Assembly: GCA_963676415.1 (NCBI GenBank)
Contig: OY781097.1
Span: 3,972,965-4,036,964, forward strand
Direction: 5' to 3'
Source of the DNA: Bacteroidales bacterium
GTDB lineage: Bacteria; Bacteroidota; Bacteroidia; Bacteroidales; WRLA01
Length of the DNA: 64,000 nt
Shown: positions 60,856-64,000 of the stretch, one piece after another
Position numbering within the stretch: position 1 is the first letter of the stretch
Layout of the letters: each line of letters opens with the position of its first letter
Notes under the pieces: model-generated
What the model was told of the DNA's origin: nothing
Seen by the model: the letters and a program-made list of their open reading frames with translations, nothing else
Database searches by the model: none
Program-made: the position numbers and the translations under genes

Positions 60856-62328
60856 ATGGCTAAGAATTTTTCGACAAGAGAAGAAAATTATGCACAGTGG
60901 TACAATGAGTTGGTCATTAAAGCCGATCTGGCAGAGAACTCTGCGGTACGCGGATGCATGGTAATCAAACCTTATGGTTATGCAATCTGGGAAACGATGC
61001 AAGGCGTACTGGACAAGATGTTTAAAGATACGGGACATGTGAATGCCTATTTTCCCATTTTCATTCCAAAATCATTTTTCAGCCGTGAAGCCGACCACGT
61101 AGAAGGATTTGCCAAAGAATGTGCGGTAGTTACGCATTACCGTTTGAAGAACGATGAGGAAAACGGTGGCGTTGTGGTTGATCCGGCAGCAAAGCTCGAA
61201 GAAGAACTGATTGTTCGCCCCACATCCGAAACCATTATCTGGGACACCTATAAAAACTGGATCCAAAGCTATCGCGACCTGCCTTTGCTCATCAACCAAT
61301 GGGCCAACGTAGTCCGCTGGGAAATGCGCACCCGCCTGTTCCTCCGCACAGCCGAATTTCTTTGGCAGGAAGGTCATACAGCGCATGCCACACGTGAAGA
61401 AGCCCTGGAAGAAACACAGAAAATGATTGATGTTTATGCTGATTTTGCCGAAAAATGGATGGCCATTCCGGTTATCAAAGGGCGCAAATCGGAAAGCGAA
61501 CGTTTTGCCGGTGCACTCGATACTTATTGTATTGAAGCCCTGATGCAGGACGGAAAAGCACTGCAAGCTGGTACAAGCCACTTCCTCGGACAAAATTTCG
61601 CCAAAGCTTTTGATGTTAAATACCTCAACAAAGAAAACAAACTGGAACACGTTTGGGCAACCAGCTGGGGCGTTTCAACCCGCCTGATGGGTGCGCTTAT
61701 TATGACACATAGTGACGACAATGGTCTTGTACTGCCTCCAAAACTTGCTCCTACACAGGTGGTTATTGTTCCTATTTATCGCAAAAGCGAACAACTGGCC
61801 GAAATTTCAGAAGCAGCCAATAAAATCAAAAAACAGCTCGAAGCCAAAGGCATCAGTGTGAAATTTGACGACCGCGACACCTTTAAGCCCGGTTGGAAAT
61901 TTAACGAATACGAATTTAAAGGCGTTCCGGTACGTTTTGCTCTCGGTCCGCGCGATCTGGAAAACGGCACGATTGAAATTGCCCGCCGCGATACACTGAC
62001 AAAGGAAGTTATCCAACTGGAAGATGCAGCCGAAAAAGCGGAACAGCTTTTGGAAGAAATCCAGCAAAACCTCTATGACCGCGCCTTGAAATTCCGTGAA
62101 GAAAGCACTTATAAAGTGGATACATGGGATGGCTTTAAGGAGCAAATTGAAAAAGGCGGTTTCATCCTCGCGCATTGGGACGGCACAGCCGAAACCGAAG
62201 AAAAAATCAAAAACGAAACCAAAGCCACTATTCGCGCCATTCCTTTCAATAGCGAAATGGAAGAAGGTGTTTGCGTGTATTCAGGCAAAGCCTCCAAACA
62301 AAGGGTGTTGTTTGCACGCGCTTATTAA
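60856..62328 (+). CDS. proS: Proline--tRNA ligase (archaeal/eukaryote-like type)
   Basis: 'VRPTSE', '[13 protein letters not shown]', '[13 protein letters not shown]', ends 'FARAY'. Confidence 0.97.
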   Translation: MAKNFSTREENYAQWYNELVIKADLAENSAVRGCMVIKPYGYAIWETMQGVLDKMFKDTGHVNAYFPIFIPKSFFSREADHVEGFAKECAVVTHYRLKNDEENGGVVVDPAAKLEEELIVRPTSETIIWDTYKNWIQSYRDLPLLINQWANVVRWEMRTRLFLRTAEFLWQEGHTAHATREEALEETQKMIDVYADFAEKWMAIPVIKGRKSESERFAGALDTYCIEALMQDGKALQAGTSHFLGQNFAKAFDVKYLNKENKLEHVWATSWGVSTRLMGALIMTHSDDNGLVLPPKLAPTQVVIVPIYRKSEQLAEISEAANKIKKQLEAKGISVKFDDRDTFKPGWKFNEYEFKGVPVRFALGPRDLENGTIEIARRDTLTKEVIQLEDAAEKAEQLLEEIQQNLYDRALKFREESTYKVDTWDGFKEQIEKGGFILAHWDGTAETEEKIKNETKATIRAIPFNSEMEEGVCVYSGKASKQRVLFARAY

Positions 62329-62348
62329 AAAAAACATTCAACAAATCA

Positions 62349-62384
62349 AAAAGCCGGAGGAAAATTTTCTTCCGGTTTTTTTAT
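62349..62384. terminator. Bidirectional terminator between proS and cysNC
   Basis: aaaagccggagga-aaat-tttcttccggtttt stem with A/T runs on both sides. Confidence 0.7.
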
Positions 62385-62453
62385 TCCTGTGCCATATCAA
62401 AAAACCGGAACAGCCTGAGCCATTCCGGTTTATTAAATTATCTCATTCAGGAA

Positions 62454-64000
62454 TTATTTTCCCGCGAGCACTTTTTCAACAATTTCAACAATTCGTTCTT
62501 CGATCTCCAGAGGGGTGACGGTAAATTCGGCATTTACAGGAGGATCATATTGGGCATCAACACCCGGAAGGTTGGAAAGCAGTCCTTCATCAGCTTTTTT
62601 ATACAGTTCGGGTTTATTGCTTTTACAATAATCCAGGCCGGCATCCATATGCACCAGGTGGAAGCGCTCTTTTCCGATCATTTCGGCAACCTGCTTCCGT
62701 ATGCTTTCGCTGGGTGAAATGAAGCTGCAAATGGCAATAATTCCCTGATCGTTAAGCAAACGCGCAACATGAGCCACCCTGCGGAGGTGCTCAGCACGGT
62801 CGGCAGGGCTGTGGTCCAGTTCGCGCGAAAGACCGGAACGCACTGTGCTTCCATCGAGGAGGACAGCTATTTTCTTTTCATCAAACAATTGCCGTTCAAG
62901 GGCATAAGCCAGTTTATTCTTTCCAGAGCCATGCAGGCCGGTAATCCAGATGGTAGAAGCTTTCTGCTGATAACGTTCTTCGCGCTCCTCATCCTTAATC
63001 AAGCTTTCGCCCCTTTGAATTTTCTGGAGATCCGTATCGGTAATCCGGCTGTAGAGGTTCTTCTCATCCAGTTTATCAATGATCATCCCCACAGCGGAAG
63101 TATTGTGTGTCATTGGATCGATCAGTACAAATGAACCTGTTGTATGATTTTTCTCATAGGGATCAAAGAAAATCGGTTTGACCGTAGTCAGGACAACACG
63201 TGCTATTTCATTGAGCTTCAAGGAATCTGTTTCGCCGCGTTCGAGGGTATTTACATCCACCTGATATTTAATGCGGTCGATACGTGCACGGGTAGCGTTG
63301 GTGGTATGCTTGATATAAAACTGTGTACTAATATCCATAGGACTTTCGTCCATCCAAACCATCATTGCTTCAAAATGGCGTTCGGCCCTGGGCTGGTTAT
63401 CAGGATGTACGATCATTTCGCCGCGGCTGATATCGATTTCATCTTCCAGCGTAAGGGTAATAGCCTGTGGGGGGAAAGCATAATCCTGGTCACCTTCTGA
63501 GCCAATAATGCGGCTTACTTTCGATGATTTCCCACTGGGCAATGCTGTAATTTCATCACCTTTACGGACAATACCGGATGCTACACTTCCGGAAAAGCCA
63601 CGGAAATGGATATCCGGACGGTTCACAAACTGGACAGGAAGGCGGAAATCTGCAAAATTCCGGTCGCTGCCCACATGCACATTTTCGAGGTATTCCAGCA
63701 TGCTTTCACCGTGGTACCAGGGCATTTTATCGGATCGGTCCACTACATTGTCTCCTTTCAAAGCTGATAGCGGAATAAACTCAATATCAGGGATATTCAG
63801 TCCGGTAACAAAATCTTTATAATCGCTGCAAATCTGGTCAAAGACCTCTTTTTTATAATCCATGAGGTCCATTTTGTTTACAGCAACTACAACGTGCCTG
63901 ATTCCCAACAGGCTTACAATAAATGTATGGCGCCGGGTTTGAGTGATTACGCCTTTACGGGCATCTACCAAAAGAATGGCAAGGTTTGCCGTAGAAGCTC
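62454..64000 (-). CDS. cysNC: Bifunctional sulfate adenylyltransferase subunit 1/adenylylsulfate kinase (5' end beyond right edge)
   Basis: The frame is open to the window edge ([16 protein letters not shown]), 'AVNKMDL', 'SALKGDNV', then an APS-kinase domain '[11 protein letters not shown]'. Confidence 0.92.
   Translation of the reverse strand, partial: ASTANLAILLVDARKGVITQTRRHTFIVSLLGIRHVVVAVNKMDLMDYKKEVFDQICSDYKDFVTGLNIPDIEFIPLSALKGDNVVDRSDKMPWYHGESMLEYLENVHVGSDRNFADFRLPVQFVNRPDIHFRGFSGSVASGIVRKGDEITALPSGKSSKVSRIIGSEGDQDYAFPPQAITLTLEDEIDISRGEMIVHPDNQPRAERHFEAMMVWMDESPMDISTQFYIKHTTNATRARIDRIKYQVDVNTLERGETDSLKLNEIARVVLTTVKPIFFDPYEKNHTTGSFVLIDPMTHNTSAVGMIIDKLDEKNLYSRITDTDLQKIQRGESLIKDEEREERYQQKASTIWITGLHGSGKNKLAYALERQLFDEKKIAVLLDGSTVRSGLSRELDHSPADRAEHLRRVAHVARLLNDQGIIAICSFISPSESIRKQVAEMIGKERFHLVHMDAGLDYCKSNKPELYKKADEGLLSNLPGVDAQYDPPVNAEFTVTPLEIEERIVEIVEKVLAGK

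Overview
64-kb chromosomal window from a Bacteroidota bacterium, probably an anaerobic Bacteroidales-like lineage. Evidence: T9SS C-terminal sorting domains, TAnnTTTG promoters, glpABC, arcC/argF, rpsF-rpsR-rplI and proS. The housekeeping backbone (yidD, hsp20, typA, ppk1, clpP, fabG, ribosomal proteins, tRNA-Arg, 2x tRNA-Glu, proS, cysNC) is interrupted by several accessory features. (i) A tandemly duplicated two-gene unit encoding T9SS-secreted proteins, with mosaic conserved and variable segments. (ii) Two near-identical IS630 copies, both inserted at CTAG, each disrupting the upstream member of a tandem paralog set. (iii) A stand-alone 2627-aa bimodular NRPS (C-A-T-C-A-T-R) with a C-terminal cyclic-nucleotide-binding-like domain, followed by tRNA-Arg and clpP. 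(iv) A hot spot between glpC and fabG with an MNT-HEPN module between repeated hairpins, an integron-cassette-like unit (hypothetical + PIN gene bounded by complementary GTTAGGGG/CCCCTAAC cores and a ~195-bp attC-like palindrome), a serine hydrolase between 92-bp direct repeats, and a 356-bp ISL3-like MITE with an 8-bp target duplication and nested REP palindromes (second, decayed copy after argF). (v) An AT-rich KAP-like NTPase. No CRISPR array, rRNA or prophage was seen. All family calls come from motifs read by eye; no database searches were run.
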